Counted from the stretch's first letter, positions 8,558 through 19,579 are shown. The stretch: DNA of 64,000 bases from Candidatus Melainabacteria bacterium 17Bon1m (GCA_032128875.1 JAVLKG010000002.1:64001-128000); one strand, 5' to 3'. The notes: generated from the letters alone by a model not told the origin. Numbers and translations: made by a program.

Positions 8558-10372
8558 CTAAGTCTTTTTTTGCGCCAGGGGCAGCGTAAAGAAGAAAGTG
8601 CTGCCTTGTCCCGGGCTTTCCGCCCAGATTTTTCCGCCTTGCATTTCGACAATCGCTTTGCATATCGTCAGTCCGAGTCCGGAGCCGCCTTTGTTCTTGG
8701 CGCCACCGCTCTTAAGCTGTTTAAAGCGCTCAAAAACCGTAGGTAATTCGTCTTCAGGGATGCCCTGCCCCTGGTCCTTAACGGATACTCTTGCAAATCC
8801 GTCATCTTCCGTGCACGCCACTTGCACTGTCTGCCCTTTAGAAGAATAGCGAATTGCGTTTGATACCAAGTTGGTCAAAACGCGATCTACTAAATTCTGA
8901 TCTGCGCTGACTGCGATTTCACTGTCAGCAAATTCGAGCTTCACGCCGACTTCTTCAGCAGCCGCGAGTGAGAGTTCTTCGCACATGGTAAAACAGTCTG
9001 CAATATAAAAATCTTTGATTTCTATATTCATATGACCTGATTTGATTTTTTCAATATCAAGCAAGTCGTTGATGAGTGTGAGCATGCGGTCGGTATTGCG
9101 GCGTCCCATTGTTAGGTAGCGGGGGACGCGCTCCTCGTCTGACTCTTTCAACAGCTCTTCCAGCAAGTTGAACACGTTTACCACCGTATTAAGTGGCGAC
9201 CTCAAATCATGCGTGATCATTGCCGTTACTTCTTGCTTTAGTTTTTCAATTCGGCGTCTTTCAGTTATGTCATGTACAACGCAGAAGAGTGATGACTCTG
9301 CTTCCGACCAATGAGCTGACCATGCGGTTTCTATTGTGTCGCCGCTGGCTGTCCTCATAGCCAATTCTGCAGGAACAGTAATTTCTTCTTTTTTTAGCTT
9401 GTCGAAAAATTCTGATGCTCTTTTCTTGTCGAAATCGGCAAAGAGATCAATCACATACTTTCCGAGCAGGTCATCCGGTTGCAAACCGAGCAATGCGCTC
9501 GAGGCCGGGTTGGCTGCAATCATGCGGTTATTCACGTCAATCGTGCATATAAAATCGAGAGCATTATCTATGACGGCCCGTTCTTTACGCGCTGATTCTT
9601 TCAACTCCTCTGCCATTCTGTGAAAAACTTGATCGAGCTGGGCGATCTCATCTGTTCCGTTAATCACCGGGTGCAAAGGCAGACCAGCCGCCAGGCTCGT
9701 TGTGTTTTCACTCACACGTCTCAGCCTTTCGGTAATACCCTTTGTGAGGAACAGCGCAAGAAAGATGCCCAGGGCAAGGTCGAATACACCCAATGCAACT
9801 GTAAGTCCTTGCGCCTTTTTTCGGAATACGGCTTGCTCTTCCGGCGCTTTGTCGAAAAGCTTCTTTTGCTCTTCCGCCACACCGAACAATTGGTAGAGAA
9901 TCTTGTCCATCCGGCCAGCGCGCATTTTTCGGGCGTAAAGTATTTTCTCCCGCATCGACATTGGAGTCGGACTGTTCCAGTTGTCTTTGATTTCCTTATA
10001 AATGTTCAGAGCTTCTCGGGTGGTTCTTTCCGATGCAATAACAGTGCTAAGGATTTCCGGCTGATTTTTTGTCAGCTCCTTTAGATCGTTGTAGTCCTGC
10101 CAAACGTTCTTCGTCAACATGTGACCAACATCGTCGTCAAGCGGAACGTTTTCAAGCGCTTCGACCGACTTATAGCGCTTTGCAAATTCATAAATGTCGG
10201 AGGTAATCTCGTGAATTTTTTCCGAGATTGCCTTGCTATGAACTGAGGCTGCGAGCGCGTCTTCCGCCTGTTTCTGCAAATATGCAAGAGCGGTAAGCAA
10301 CCCTAGCTGAACCAGCAGGGGCACCGACACGAACAGTAAGACTTTAGTAGTTAGAGAAATCCGCCGACTCAT
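8558..10372 (-). CDS. membrane sensor histidine kinase (TM-HAMP-PAS-HisKA-HATPase)
   Basis: two TM segments, DEIAQL HAMP, PAS, ITHDLRSPL, NLVSNAIRY, DQGQG, GSGLGL. Confidence 0.95.
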   Translation of the reverse strand: MSRRISLTTKVLLFVSVPLLVQLGLLTALAYLQKQAEDALAASVHSKAISEKIHEITSDIYEFAKRYKSVEALENVPLDDDVGHMLTKNVWQDYNDLKELTKNQPEILSTVIASERTTREALNIYKEIKDNWNSPTPMSMREKILYARKMRAGRMDKILYQLFGVAEEQKKLFDKAPEEQAVFRKKAQGLTVALGVFDLALGIFLALFLTKGITERLRRVSENTTSLAAGLPLHPVINGTDEIAQLDQVFHRMAEELKESARKERAVIDNALDFICTIDVNNRMIAANPASSALLGLQPDDLLGKYVIDLFADFDKKRASEFFDKLKKEEITVPAELAMRTASGDTIETAWSAHWSEAESSLFCVVHDITERRRIEKLKQEVTAMITHDLRSPLNTVVNVFNLLEELLKESDEERVPRYLTMGRRNTDRMLTLINDLLDIEKIKSGHMNIEIKDFYIADCFTMCEELSLAAAEEVGVKLEFADSEIAVSADQNLVDRVLTNLVSNAIRYSSKGQTVQVACTEDDGFARVSVKDQGQGIPEDELPTVFERFKQLKSGGAKNKGGSGLGLTICKAIVEMQGGKIWAESPGQGSTFFFTLPLAQKKT

Positions 10373-10461
10373 GCCGACATTATGCCAGCCGACGTTGTAA
10401 ATGGCCCTTTCAAAGAAGGTATATTTGGACTGAGTATGCGAAGCTGCGGGGTTCGCGAGAC

Positions 10462-11154
10462 TTGGCGAAAGTTCTTTTAGTTGAAGATGACGAGGATTTG
10501 GCGGTCACAATTGGTGACATGCTCAGAGATGAGCGTCACACTGTTGACACCATTCATGACGGACTTGATGCGGCTGAAGCACTCAAGACGCGCACATATG
10601 AAGTCGTTGTGTTGGACTGGGACTTGCCGGGTAAATCCGGTATTTCGATTTTGCGAGAATTTCGCGCTGCAGGTGGTGGCACACCTGTGATTATGCTGAC
10701 TGGAAAGAGCGAGATTGAGCAAAAAGAGCAAGGGCTTGATTCAGGTGCTGATGACTATTTGACCAAACCTTTTCTGCTGAAGGAACTTGCGGCTCGCGTT
10801 CGTTCGCTGTTGCGCAGACCGACTATGACCAACGTCGGTGTTCTACGGTGGGGAAATTTGGTGCTTGATCCATCGAAGTTTGAGCTGAGTAGAAACGGTC
10901 AACAGCTTCGTCTTCTACCTCGTGATTTTGCTTTGCTGGAATTTTTGATGCGCCATCCAACACAAATTTTTAGCACACAGGCTTTGCTGGACAACGTCTG
11001 GAATTATGATTCCGATGCTACGCCAGAGGGCTTGCGAGTTGCGGTTCGTCGAATTAGAAAAGTGATTGATGAAGCAGATGACTTGAATCAATCTATGATC
11101 GAGAACATCTCTCGCGTTGGATACAGAATGAGAAATCTCGGAGACTCTCAGTGA
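10462..11154 (+). CDS. OmpR/PhoB-family response regulator
   Basis: LLVEDD, LDWDLPG, GADDYLTKPF, winged-helix C-terminus; divergent from the kinase. Confidence 0.95.
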   Translation: MAKVLLVEDDEDLAVTIGDMLRDERHTVDTIHDGLDAAEALKTRTYEVVVLDWDLPGKSGISILREFRAAGGGTPVIMLTGKSEIEQKEQGLDSGADDYLTKPFLLKELAARVRSLLRRPTMTNVGVLRWGNLVLDPSKFELSRNGQQLRLLPRDFALLEFLMRHPTQIFSTQALLDNVWNYDSDATPEGLRVAVRRIRKVIDEADDLNQSMIENISRVGYRMRNLGDSQ

Positions 11155-11173
11155 GAATCTGCAAGTTCGCCCT

Positions 11174-11683
11174 CTATGAGCGCGAACCCCATAGGTGTAA
11201 ATTCAAATTGGTTCCGCAAAAGAGTATGCACCAGTCATAAGGCATGGTGAGCGGATCTAACCCTTCTACTTCGATCACCATGGAAAAGTTGCCTTTGGGC
11301 TGCAACCACTCGTGGTGCGCCCACGACCATATGATAAACGGTCCGGTAAGATAACCATCCGGATCATGCGTGAGTTCGCCTATTCCATTGAGAAACTTTT
11401 GGATTTCGGGCGGCTGCATAAGAGCGGGTGTCAAATGCAAACAACCGGGTCCAGGAAAACGCATTTTTGCACTTTCCGGCGAAGGCCACAGTGGGTGCAC
11501 CTTCTCCACAAAATAGCCCATCGAGGTTCCAAACCCGGCATTACCGAAATAATCCATAAGAGTCTCTTCGAACTCTTCGCACTTCTCAGGACTGGCCGCG
11601 CGAAATGCACTTCTTAAAACACCAAGCCCGTCGTTGACCTTTGAAGCCAACATTTCACCTTCGACTTTGTACTGTTCGGGCAT
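11174..11683 (-). CDS. hypothetical protein
   Basis: 169-aa ATG ORF filling the gap. Confidence 0.6.
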   Translation of the reverse strand: MPEQYKVEGEMLASKVNDGLGVLRSAFRAASPEKCEEFEETLMDYFGNAGFGTSMGYFVEKVHPLWPSPESAKMRFPGPGCLHLTPALMQPPEIQKFLNGIGELTHDPDGYLTGPFIIWSWAHHEWLQPKGNFSMVIEVEGLDPLTMPYDWCILFCGTNLNLHLWGSRS

Positions 11684-11783
11684 TCTGAGATTCCGGGCAA
11701 CCTTGCTGGCAGAGACTTCTGCGGCTCGCTAGTAAATACTACTAAAAATTCCCCGTTTGCGCGACGACGAATAACTCGGTACG

Positions 11784-12191
11784 TCAGCTGTTTCGTTCCG
11801 AGACCGACAGTCCGGGGAAGTCTTCATCCTCGCACCTGCAAGTCTCTGTGATGGAATATACCGTGTCACAATCCTCGCACCATCTCACGTCGCCTTCTGC
11901 TTCTAATCTATAAATAGCGTCTCTGAGACGGCGAGTATTTTTAGACAATGTTGCCTTAAGTTTTCCGATTTCTGCTTCGAGTAGCGTCACTTTGGCACTG
12001 TCGCTCGTGCTCCTATCGGCATTTTCTTGATCAAAAACGCCAATCTGCTCGATCGTATCTTTGGCATCCGACTTCACGGACTTGTTGACCGGCACTTTCG
12101 GTAATCTGGCAACGCCTGGATCGTTAGATATACGGCGAAGTTGCGCTTTCGTTAAGGAATCTAAGTCTTGTGGATTAGTCGACATGCTCAT
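11784..12191 (-). CDS. hypothetical protein, coiled coil plus C-terminal CxxC..CxC
   Basis: 135-aa ORF; WCEDCDTVYSITETCRC. Confidence 0.55.
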   Translation of the reverse strand: MSMSTNPQDLDSLTKAQLRRISNDPGVARLPKVPVNKSVKSDAKDTIEQIGVFDQENADRSTSDSAKVTLLEAEIGKLKATLSKNTRRLRDAIYRLEAEGDVRWCEDCDTVYSITETCRCEDEDFPGLSVSERNS

Positions 12192-12365
12192 AACCTATGC
12201 GTATATAGGAAAGACATGCGGGTGTCCTGATTGTTCCAGTGCATCCTTTTTTCTGTGCTAGTCTCGTTAACACTGCCCAGGAAGTGGTTGGATGAATGGT
12301 AAGCCTTAGGCTCTTGTGGGTTTTATATACGAATTAATTAAAAACAGCTCTGTGTTCGAGTGGCT

Positions 12366-15300
12366 TCACAGTGTTGCTTCTAAAAATGCCGTTGTTTCCT
12401 CTAGCTGCTTTTTTAGGGTTCTTATGAGAGAGTCCAGACTGCTCCAATCATGAGCCTCTGAGACAGTCTCAATTTCTGTGCATGTTTTGCGCATCTCGAC
12501 AGCATACATGACAGCGCACACACCTTTTAATCCATGTGCCACCTGAAGTACCTGGCGCTTATCTTGTTCATCAGCAGCCGCTTTTAGGGCATCAATCTGC
12601 TTTGGTACATCATTGATGAACAGGGTCGCTAATTTTTTTCTATGTTCTTCGGACCTATACCTATTTGTAATTGCTTCTAGGTCGACGGGAGCGCCTTTGA
12701 CAGGTAGTAATCGAGAGCTTCTTGCGGACTTCGTTGTTTGCGGAGAAGGAATCCAATTCCTTACGATTGAAGTTAGTGTTGCCGGCTCAATCGGCTTGCT
12801 TATGTAATCATCCATGCCCGCAGAAATACATTTATCTCTGTCTCCGTCCATCGCATGTGCTGTCACAGCAATGATCGGCGTACGCTTACCGGTCAGCGCT
12901 TCAACCCGTCTGATAGCACTAGTCGCCTCAAAACCGTCCATGTGTGGCATCTGGCAGTCCATTAATACGAGGTCGTAATCGGTCTTTTTGACAGCCTCAA
13001 TAGCTTCGATTCCATCAGTTGCGATGTGGCAGACTAGTCCTAATTCTTCGAGATAAGCCTGTGCTATTTGCTGATTTATTGGATGATCTTCGACAATCAA
13101 AACCATCCCATTGCTCGAGTTTGCCAGCTTCTTTGCCTTGATTTCTGCAGAAGTAGCTGTAAGCTCATCAATTTGGCTAGTACCACATATGACCTTGCTG
13201 ATGCAGTCCAGCATGTGAGACTGCTTAACTGGTTTCGTCAAAAATCCCTTAAAACCTGCTTCGAGTGCCTGGCTCCCTAGACACGTAGTATCAAATTCGG
13301 TGAGCAGAATCAATTTTGTTTTTGAAATAGCAGGATCACTTTGTATTTTTTTCGCTGTTTCAATGCCGTCCATATCCGGCAGACTTAAATTGATTATTAC
13401 TACTTTGTATTCCTCTCCATCAGCACTAGCTTTTCTCAATAGCGCAATGGCATCATTTCCTGAAGCAGCAACACCATTGCGCATCCCCCATGAAACCGCA
13501 TAAGTGTGTAAAATTTCGCGCGTATACTGATGATTATCCACAATCAGTATTTTGACATCGCGAATTTCCGTCATAACGGAAATGACGGGAGTGTTTGAAC
13601 GTTTTTCTAGTGTGAGGGTGAACCAAAAGAGAGAACCTTTTCCTTTGACACTCTCAACGCCAATGTTTCCACCCATTAACTCAATTAGTCTCTTGCAGAT
13701 GCTGAGTCCTAATCCTGTTCCTCCGTACCTTCGGCTGATTGAACCATCAGCCTGAACAAATGGCTGGAAAAGGTGAGTCTGCTCTTCCTCTGTGAGCCCG
13801 ATACCACTGTCACGGACTTCAAATCGAACACACACAGTTTTTTCCGTCGACGATTCTAGAACAACCCGGACAACTACTTCACCATCGTCTGAAAATTTGA
13901 TGGAGTTGTTGGCGAGGTTAATCAGTATTTGCTTGATCCTCTCCGGGTCTCCCCGTAATAGCTTGGGCAGTTTCGGATCAACAAAAGTCATCAGCGGCAA
14001 CCGCTTTGACTTCGCAGCCATAGCCAGAAGGTGACAGGAACCTTCGACTGTTCGTACTGGATCGAAATCTATAATTTCCAGCTCCATCTTTCCTGCTTCA
14101 ATCTTGCTGAAATCAAGAATGTCGTTGATGACTGTAAGCAGTGTTCTTCCAGCCTCCTTAATCGCAGTCGCGTATTCTTGCTGTTTTTCATCGAGATGCG
14201 TCTTAAGCAGTACATTGCACATGCCTATGATTCCATTCATGGGAGTTCGGATCTCATGACTCATGTTTGCGACAAACTCAGACTTCAGCTTCGAAGCTGC
14301 TATTGCTTGATCTCTAGCCGATGCCAACGCTCCGTTTAGTAATTCGAGCTCCCGTCTGGTCTCTTCTAAAACTTTCTCGCTCCTCTTGCGCTGAGATATG
14401 TCTCTTGCAATTTTCGAGGCTCCGACAACTCGTCCCGAGAAATCCTTCACCGGCGATATGGTCAGTGATACATCGATCACTTCCCCGTTTTTCGTTAGTC
14501 GTTTTGTTTCGAAGTGCTCGATTCTTTCGCCTCGTTTTAGTTTGTCGAGGATCTCCAACTCTTCATCTATTCGATCCTCTGGCACGATTACCGATACTTC
14601 CTTTCCGATAGCCTCGTCAGGCTCAAAACCAAATAGACGTTGGGCTCCCGGATTCCATGTTTGAATGACGCCTTCTAGATTTTTACTTACGATGGCATCT
14701 TCAGATGACTCAACAATCGCCGACAAGGTGTCGCGTAGTTGTTCTTGTCGTCTGTTCTCTTGCTCTGCCGAGTCGAGTTTTGACGCAAAGCTGTAGATCA
14801 AGCTGCCCATGAAAATGCTTACTACAACGGAGGTAATCGCTGAGCCCGTTGCTGTGTCGAAAAGCCCCAACTGCTGCAATAACATTCTCAGGCGGCTTAT
14901 GAGAGGTGGCGCGATAACGACAATCGGCAAAAGCCACCGAATCAATTTTCCCCCGGCGGTGTTGCTCATCATGAGGCGAAAAAGGCTTTGATCGGATCTG
15001 AGCAGAAGTAGAGACAGTGCGAGCATGCTGAAAAGAATGCTTGTGGGGACCGCCATCTGAAGTGTTGCCTTGGCACTCAGATGATTATCAACACCTCCGC
15101 TAAGAGTAAAAAGTGAAATGCACAAAATTCCTAGACAAAAAAATTGCGCCACTGTGCGAGCGAATCTTCCAACTTCGCACGTATTGGTAATCAGACAAAG
15201 ACCAAGCAGAACAAAATTGATTGAAGTAGCGATAGCCATCCGACCGCTAGCTCCAACCGGCAAAGGCGTTCCATGAAACATTTGATCAAAATCCGCTCCA

Positions 15301-15797
15301 AGATTCAGAAAATTACACAGTACACCCAGGCCGATCATGGAAACTGTGACGGCACATAAGGTCGATAAAACGCGGCACCAAAGGGTTTTAAATCCAGTGA
15401 CAAACAACAGAGAGGTTGCAGAAAGTATGAATGCTATGGCGGTACTTGGCGCTACCTTAACTGAATCCGGAAAGGGGTTTTGCAGAAATGGAATTTGAAA
15501 TAGCCAACCCAGTAAAATCAAAATCGAACATGTGAGAACGAGTATTGAGACCACTACGCCCTGGTACTTTAGAAATAAAGCGATCTTTTCCATCAGCGTT
15601 GGTTCGACTTCCACATTCAGGACAGACGAGCTCGTTGGGTGTTTATATACCCCAAATTTATCTTTGCAGACGCCTGTGAACAACGTGGAAACACTGCCCC
15701 TGTTTGTGAGTAATTGGATGCGAAGGTCTATAACTAAGTCTGTTCTTCGCTCCACCGGGCTTGCCGGGAACTCTAGGTCTGGAGAAAAGTCTGCCAA
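12366..15797 (-). CDS. hybrid histidine kinase (multi-TM, PAS, HisKA, HATPase, 2x REC, Hpt)
   Basis: NMSHEIRTPMNG, GGTGLGL, degenerate first REC, intact second REC (LMDCQMP), Hpt AHGLKG; true start may be ATG 15593. Confidence 0.93.
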   Translation of the reverse strand: MADFSPDLEFPASPVERRTDLVIDLRIQLLTNRGSVSTLFTGVCKDKFGVYKHPTSSSVLNVEVEPTLMEKIALFLKYQGVVVSILVLTCSILILLGWLFQIPFLQNPFPDSVKVAPSTAIAFILSATSLLFVTGFKTLWCRVLSTLCAVTVSMIGLGVLCNFLNLGADFDQMFHGTPLPVGASGRMAIATSINFVLLGLCLITNTCEVGRFARTVAQFFCLGILCISLFTLSGGVDNHLSAKATLQMAVPTSILFSMLALSLLLLRSDQSLFRLMMSNTAGGKLIRWLLPIVVIAPPLISRLRMLLQQLGLFDTATGSAITSVVVSIFMGSLIYSFASKLDSAEQENRRQEQLRDTLSAIVESSEDAIVSKNLEGVIQTWNPGAQRLFGFEPDEAIGKEVSVIVPEDRIDEELEILDKLKRGERIEHFETKRLTKNGEVIDVSLTISPVKDFSGRVVGASKIARDISQRKRSEKVLEETRRELELLNGALASARDQAIAASKLKSEFVANMSHEIRTPMNGIIGMCNVLLKTHLDEKQQEYATAIKEAGRTLLTVINDILDFSKIEAGKMELEIIDFDPVRTVEGSCHLLAMAAKSKRLPLMTFVDPKLPKLLRGDPERIKQILINLANNSIKFSDDGEVVVRVVLESSTEKTVCVRFEVRDSGIGLTEEEQTHLFQPFVQADGSISRRYGGTGLGLSICKRLIELMGGNIGVESVKGKGSLFWFTLTLEKRSNTPVISVMTEIRDVKILIVDNHQYTREILHTYAVSWGMRNGVAASGNDAIALLRKASADGEEYKVVIINLSLPDMDGIETAKKIQSDPAISKTKLILLTEFDTTCLGSQALEAGFKGFLTKPVKQSHMLDCISKVICGTSQIDELTATSAEIKAKKLANSSNGMVLIVEDHPINQQIAQAYLEELGLVCHIATDGIEAIEAVKKTDYDLVLMDCQMPHMDGFEATSAIRRVEALTGKRTPIIAVTAHAMDGDRDKCISAGMDDYISKPIEPATLTSIVRNWIPSPQTTKSARSSRLLPVKGAPVDLEAITNRYRSEEHRKKLATLFINDVPKQIDALKAAADEQDKRQVLQVAHGLKGVCAVMYAVEMRKTCTEIETVSEAHDWSSLDSLIRTLKKQLEETTAFLEATL

Positions 15798-15950
15798 TGA
15801 AGCGTAAATTTCGTACAGATTGTTAACGATTCACTCTTTTGAGTGATATATGGATAAACCAAACTTTGCAACAGTTAATCTATCGGGAGAGTCGCTTACA
15901 ATCACGAGAGCAACCGTTCGGTCAGTTTTAAATACCCAGGGAAGGAAAGT

Positions 15951-17579
15951 ATGAGCCAAAAGGCGCCTTTTGAGACGAAAAGCTTCGGCGGCGACGGTTT
16001 GATCCGCGTTTTGATCGTTGAAGACCAAGAGGTTCTAAGGATCGGACTGAAATACTCCCTTCAGTACGCGAAAGAGATTGAAATCGTAGGCATGGCGAAC
16101 GACGGGCCTACCGCGGTAGAGTCGGCAATCAAGTTGAATCCGTCGGTCATTTTGATGGATATAGGGTTGCCCGGCTTCGATGGCATTGAGGCAACCAAGA
16201 AAATCAAAGAGCAGATTCAGTCGAAGATAGTTGTTCTTACGAGTCGCACAGATGATAAAGCGATTTACGCTGCATTAGAGGCTGGTGCCGAAGGATACTG
16301 CTTGAAAGACGCGTCTACAGAGAAATTATGTGCAGCGATTGCTTCAGTTCATAGCGGTGCCACCTGGCTGGATGATGAGATCTCGAAAGCACTGCTAAAG
16401 AGTTCTAAAATGGCAGATCCAAATGCAACTGCAGAACGCCTGGCTCTCGGCGAATCTGAGCTTAAGGTGTTAGGTATGCTGTTGGAAGGCGCATCAAGTA
16501 CGGTAATCGCGGATGCCGTCAACATGCCGCACAACGAACTTCAAACATATTTGAGACAGCTAATTCAAAAGGTCAGCTTTACGAAGACTAGTCTTGAAAA
16601 AGGTACGAAGAGAGCAAAGCATTCCGGGGAATTTGTCGTCAGCAAAATGTGTCCCGTTTGTAATTTGAGGCTCGGTGAAGAGGCGGAAATTTGTCCATAC
16701 GACAATTGCGCACTGCAGGTAGACCCTTTGATCGGCAGCCAGTTCGCTGACCGCTATGAAATTCTGTCACTTCTTGGTGCAGGTACCAGCGGTGCAGTGT
16801 ATAAAGCCCGGCACAGGTACATTCAAAAATATGTAGCAATAAAAGTGTTGCACACTGAGCACGTCGCCGACATCGGAATGCTAAAACGATTTCGTCAAGA
16901 AGCTGCGGCCGCGAGCATTCTCTCGCACCCGAATATTTTGCATGTCGTAGACTTCGGGCTATCTTCCGAGGGACAGGCTTTTATGATTATGGACTATATT
17001 GGTGGCACAAGCCTTGATGAGTTGATTGTGCGGCATGCAGGGCTACCTGCAAAACCTGCCGTGGATATCTTCCTTCAAATTTGCGACGGGCTTGGGCACG
17101 CGCACGATAACAACATCATTCACAGAGATGTAAAACCTAATAACGTTCTAGTCTATGACACAGATGATGGCGTTTTGCGCGTAAAGCTGGTTGATTTCGG
17201 AACAGCTAAATTGGTGGTTCCCGATAATCTTCGTCCGGGATTGACCGCACCTGGGCAGGTTTTTGGTTCACCCACGTACATGAGCCCGGAGCAATGCATG
17301 GGGCTTGATTTGGAGCCCAGTTCAGACATCTATTCCATGGGCACGCTGATGTATGAAGCTCTTGTAGGGCATCCGCCGTTTGTCACTGATAGCATTGTCG
17401 ATGCTATGTACAAACAAATAAATGAAGACTGCCCTCCGCTCTCCGAAGCTGCGCGCAGGTTTGGCAAGCAAATCGATGTCAGGTTGCAGGCTATAGTGAT
17501 GAAGGCGCTGCGCAAAGACCGCTACAAACGACATCAGACAATGCACGAACTTAAGGACGATCTGCTCAAGATTGCTTGA
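15951..17579 (+). CDS. response-regulator receiver fused to Hanks-type Ser/Thr kinase
   Basis: NarL-like REC (VEDQ, MDIGLPG), HTH-like linker, CPVC..CPYD, GAGTSG, VAIK, HRDVKPNN, DFG, YMSPE. Confidence 0.92.
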   Translation: MSQKAPFETKSFGGDGLIRVLIVEDQEVLRIGLKYSLQYAKEIEIVGMANDGPTAVESAIKLNPSVILMDIGLPGFDGIEATKKIKEQIQSKIVVLTSRTDDKAIYAALEAGAEGYCLKDASTEKLCAAIASVHSGATWLDDEISKALLKSSKMADPNATAERLALGESELKVLGMLLEGASSTVIADAVNMPHNELQTYLRQLIQKVSFTKTSLEKGTKRAKHSGEFVVSKMCPVCNLRLGEEAEICPYDNCALQVDPLIGSQFADRYEILSLLGAGTSGAVYKARHRYIQKYVAIKVLHTEHVADIGMLKRFRQEAAAASILSHPNILHVVDFGLSSEGQAFMIMDYIGGTSLDELIVRHAGLPAKPAVDIFLQICDGLGHAHDNNIIHRDVKPNNVLVYDTDDGVLRVKLVDFGTAKLVVPDNLRPGLTAPGQVFGSPTYMSPEQCMGLDLEPSSDIYSMGTLMYEALVGHPPFVTDSIVDAMYKQINEDCPPLSEAARRFGKQIDVRLQAIVMKALRKDRYKRHQTMHELKDDLLKIA

Positions 17580-18111
17580 TGCCTAGCCGAATATACTTTG
17601 CAGTAAAGGCGAGAGGTTTCACTTTTCCTGTCTGAGTGAGATGCAGAAAGATGTTTTGCTTTTTGAACATCGCAGAGAGTGATATAGCCTTTTCCAGCTC
17701 CAGCACAGTGTCTTTATGTGGCTGTTTCCACAAATGCTTTTGCGACTGAACTGATTTTTGGATTGCCGACTTTTGATCGGTAGACACTACCAAAATGTTT
17801 TTGTGTACTTCTTCGAAGTCTTCGGCATTGTAACCACCGAGATTGAGGAAATAAAGTTTTTCCTCTCCAGTGAAAGGAGCATCGGATAACGTCACATCAT
17901 AGCCATCTGCGTGCGTAATCTCTGCCCAACTGTCGATGTGCAAACTGCTTGGTGTGCCCCACCACTGTTCGCGCAGGTCGTCGTAGCAACTTTGTGGTGT
18001 CAGGCCCAAGCTAAAACGAACATCGTGCAGCTCGATGTTTGAGTTGCGGAAATGTCCACCAACGTAAAACATGAAGAGTTTGATGTCGCCTGGTTTTGCC
18101 AACTCAACCAA
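17566..18111 (-). CDS. DUF1543-like protein
   Basis: LFMFYVGG..IELHDVRF..LHIDSW..LYFLNLGGY..PHKD pattern. Confidence 0.75.
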   Translation of the reverse strand: MVELAKPGDIKLFMFYVGGHFRNSNIELHDVRFSLGLTPQSCYDDLREQWWGTPSSLHIDSWAEITHADGYDVTLSDAPFTGEEKLYFLNLGGYNAEDFEEVHKNILVVSTDQKSAIQKSVQSQKHLWKQPHKDTVLELEKAISLSAMFKKQNIFLHLTQTGKVKPLAFTAKYIRLGIKQS

Positions 18112-18499
18112 TCAATTTTGAGATGAAGTCTTTGACGAACTCTGGGTAAAAGAAACCATTGCTATCAGTATCGTACAGCTTCCAGTCGGTGCTTACGATT
18201 TCTACGAATCCGCTTTCGGCTTCGTCAACATTCATTGGAAGCGATGGACCAAGAATCGCATGCGTAGCAACGTAAGCATTCCACCAGAATGTTTCACACT
18301 GCGTGCCGTCTGCATTTGGCACCAGGAAAAATCTTAAGCGATCGGCTTTTCGACCGTCGATAAATGTCTCGCCATCACGCTCTACTATTCCGAGATCGCG
18401 CTTAATGTCCCGCTTGCTGCGCGGATTGAAAGATATGCGAATCTCAGCAAGATCCACTTTGAGATTTTTGTCGAACTGGTTAGAATCTTTCCTTAGCAT
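18104..18499 (-). CDS. hypothetical protein
   Basis: 131-aa ORF overlapping the start of the next gene. Confidence 0.6.
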   Translation of the reverse strand: MLRKDSNQFDKNLKVDLAEIRISFNPRSKRDIKRDLGIVERDGETFIDGRKADRLRFFLVPNADGTQCETFWWNAYVATHAILGPSLPMNVDEAESGFVEIVSTDWKLYDTDSNGFFYPEFVKDFISKLIG

Positions 18500-18556
18500 A
18501 TGAACGCGGGTTTAGGGCAGGACTATGCGTACATTTTAGCAGTTTACGTCCAGCCA

Positions 18557-19579
18557 CTAGTACTTCGAAATTAATGAGCGGTTTAGAAATTGCGTTGTAT
18601 GAGTTAGGCTCGTGAAGCCATCTTGAATAATTGGTGCTTGACCAGGTCGCAACACAATCAACGCAGGCAGTGCTTTTACTTTGTACTTTTCTTTGATTTC
18701 GAGTAGCTTCGGATCATTCTTAGCTAGCTTTCCGCGTTTTAGTTCTAGAAGCACCGGCACAAAATTATCATTGATCAATTTGTTGGCTTCAGGTGATTCG
18801 AACAGTGCTAAGCGCATTTTGTCAGAAGCATAACCACAGTCTTCAACAAGCGCAATTAACGTCGGCTCGCCGCCCTTGCCGATTTTCTCAAACGGCTGCC
18901 ATGCTATGTTTCCCTTACTCAAGCGCAATCGATGCCACATCCGGCATTTCCAAAGGTAGTCTTCAAAACTATCTTTTCCTTCATAACCACTGCTGGCAGG
19001 AAGACGTTCGTGATTTCGTTCTAAATACTCATCCGCAAATCGCTCGGAGAACGTCTTTTTAAGCTCTTCGTCAGACTCCATAAACGACGGCCACATCATT
19101 TTCATGACAAGATCGTATTCGAATTTGCTGCCGGTCGAGTAAATATCTTTCGTTGTTGCATCCAATAAATTGGGGGGCACCACAATTACTTTGGGAAACG
19201 AATCAACGTCGCATAGCTTTTGAAGCTTTTCTATCGCAGGCGGATTTTTTCCATTTTCACGTGTCTCGTCGATAACATGCACAGGAATGTAACTCTTATT
19301 GATTGATTCTGCGATTTTCTCGTCACTGAAAACATCTTGCTCCATCTTCTTGCATGGACCGCACCACCTTGCGGAAAAGACAAACATGACAGGTTTGTTT
19401 GTTCGTTCTGCCTCACTTTGATATTCGTTGAGCGTGCGCCATTTGATGAGGTCTGGCGTTTTTCCTGGAAATATCTGCTGCAAGATAGCTCCAATAAAGG
19501 TCAACGCAACAAGTATCGAAGCTGTCGTGTACAGCCATTTAGGGTCTGCTTTGCTTGAGGTGTAGCTAGTCGGCACCAT
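18557..19579 (-). CDS. membrane-anchored protein with two thioredoxin-like folds
   Basis: TM helix, FSARWCGPCKKM, SFP; second degenerate fold EDCGYAS..ALP. Confidence 0.8.
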   Translation of the reverse strand: MVPTSYTSSKADPKWLYTTASILVALTFIGAILQQIFPGKTPDLIKWRTLNEYQSEAERTNKPVMFVFSARWCGPCKKMEQDVFSDEKIAESINKSYIPVHVIDETRENGKNPPAIEKLQKLCDVDSFPKVIVVPPNLLDATTKDIYSTGSKFEYDLVMKMMWPSFMESDEELKKTFSERFADEYLERNHERLPASSGYEGKDSFEDYLWKCRMWHRLRLSKGNIAWQPFEKIGKGGEPTLIALVEDCGYASDKMRLALFESPEANKLINDNFVPVLLELKRGKLAKNDPKLLEIKEKYKVKALPALIVLRPGQAPIIQDGFTSLTHTTQFLNRSLISKY

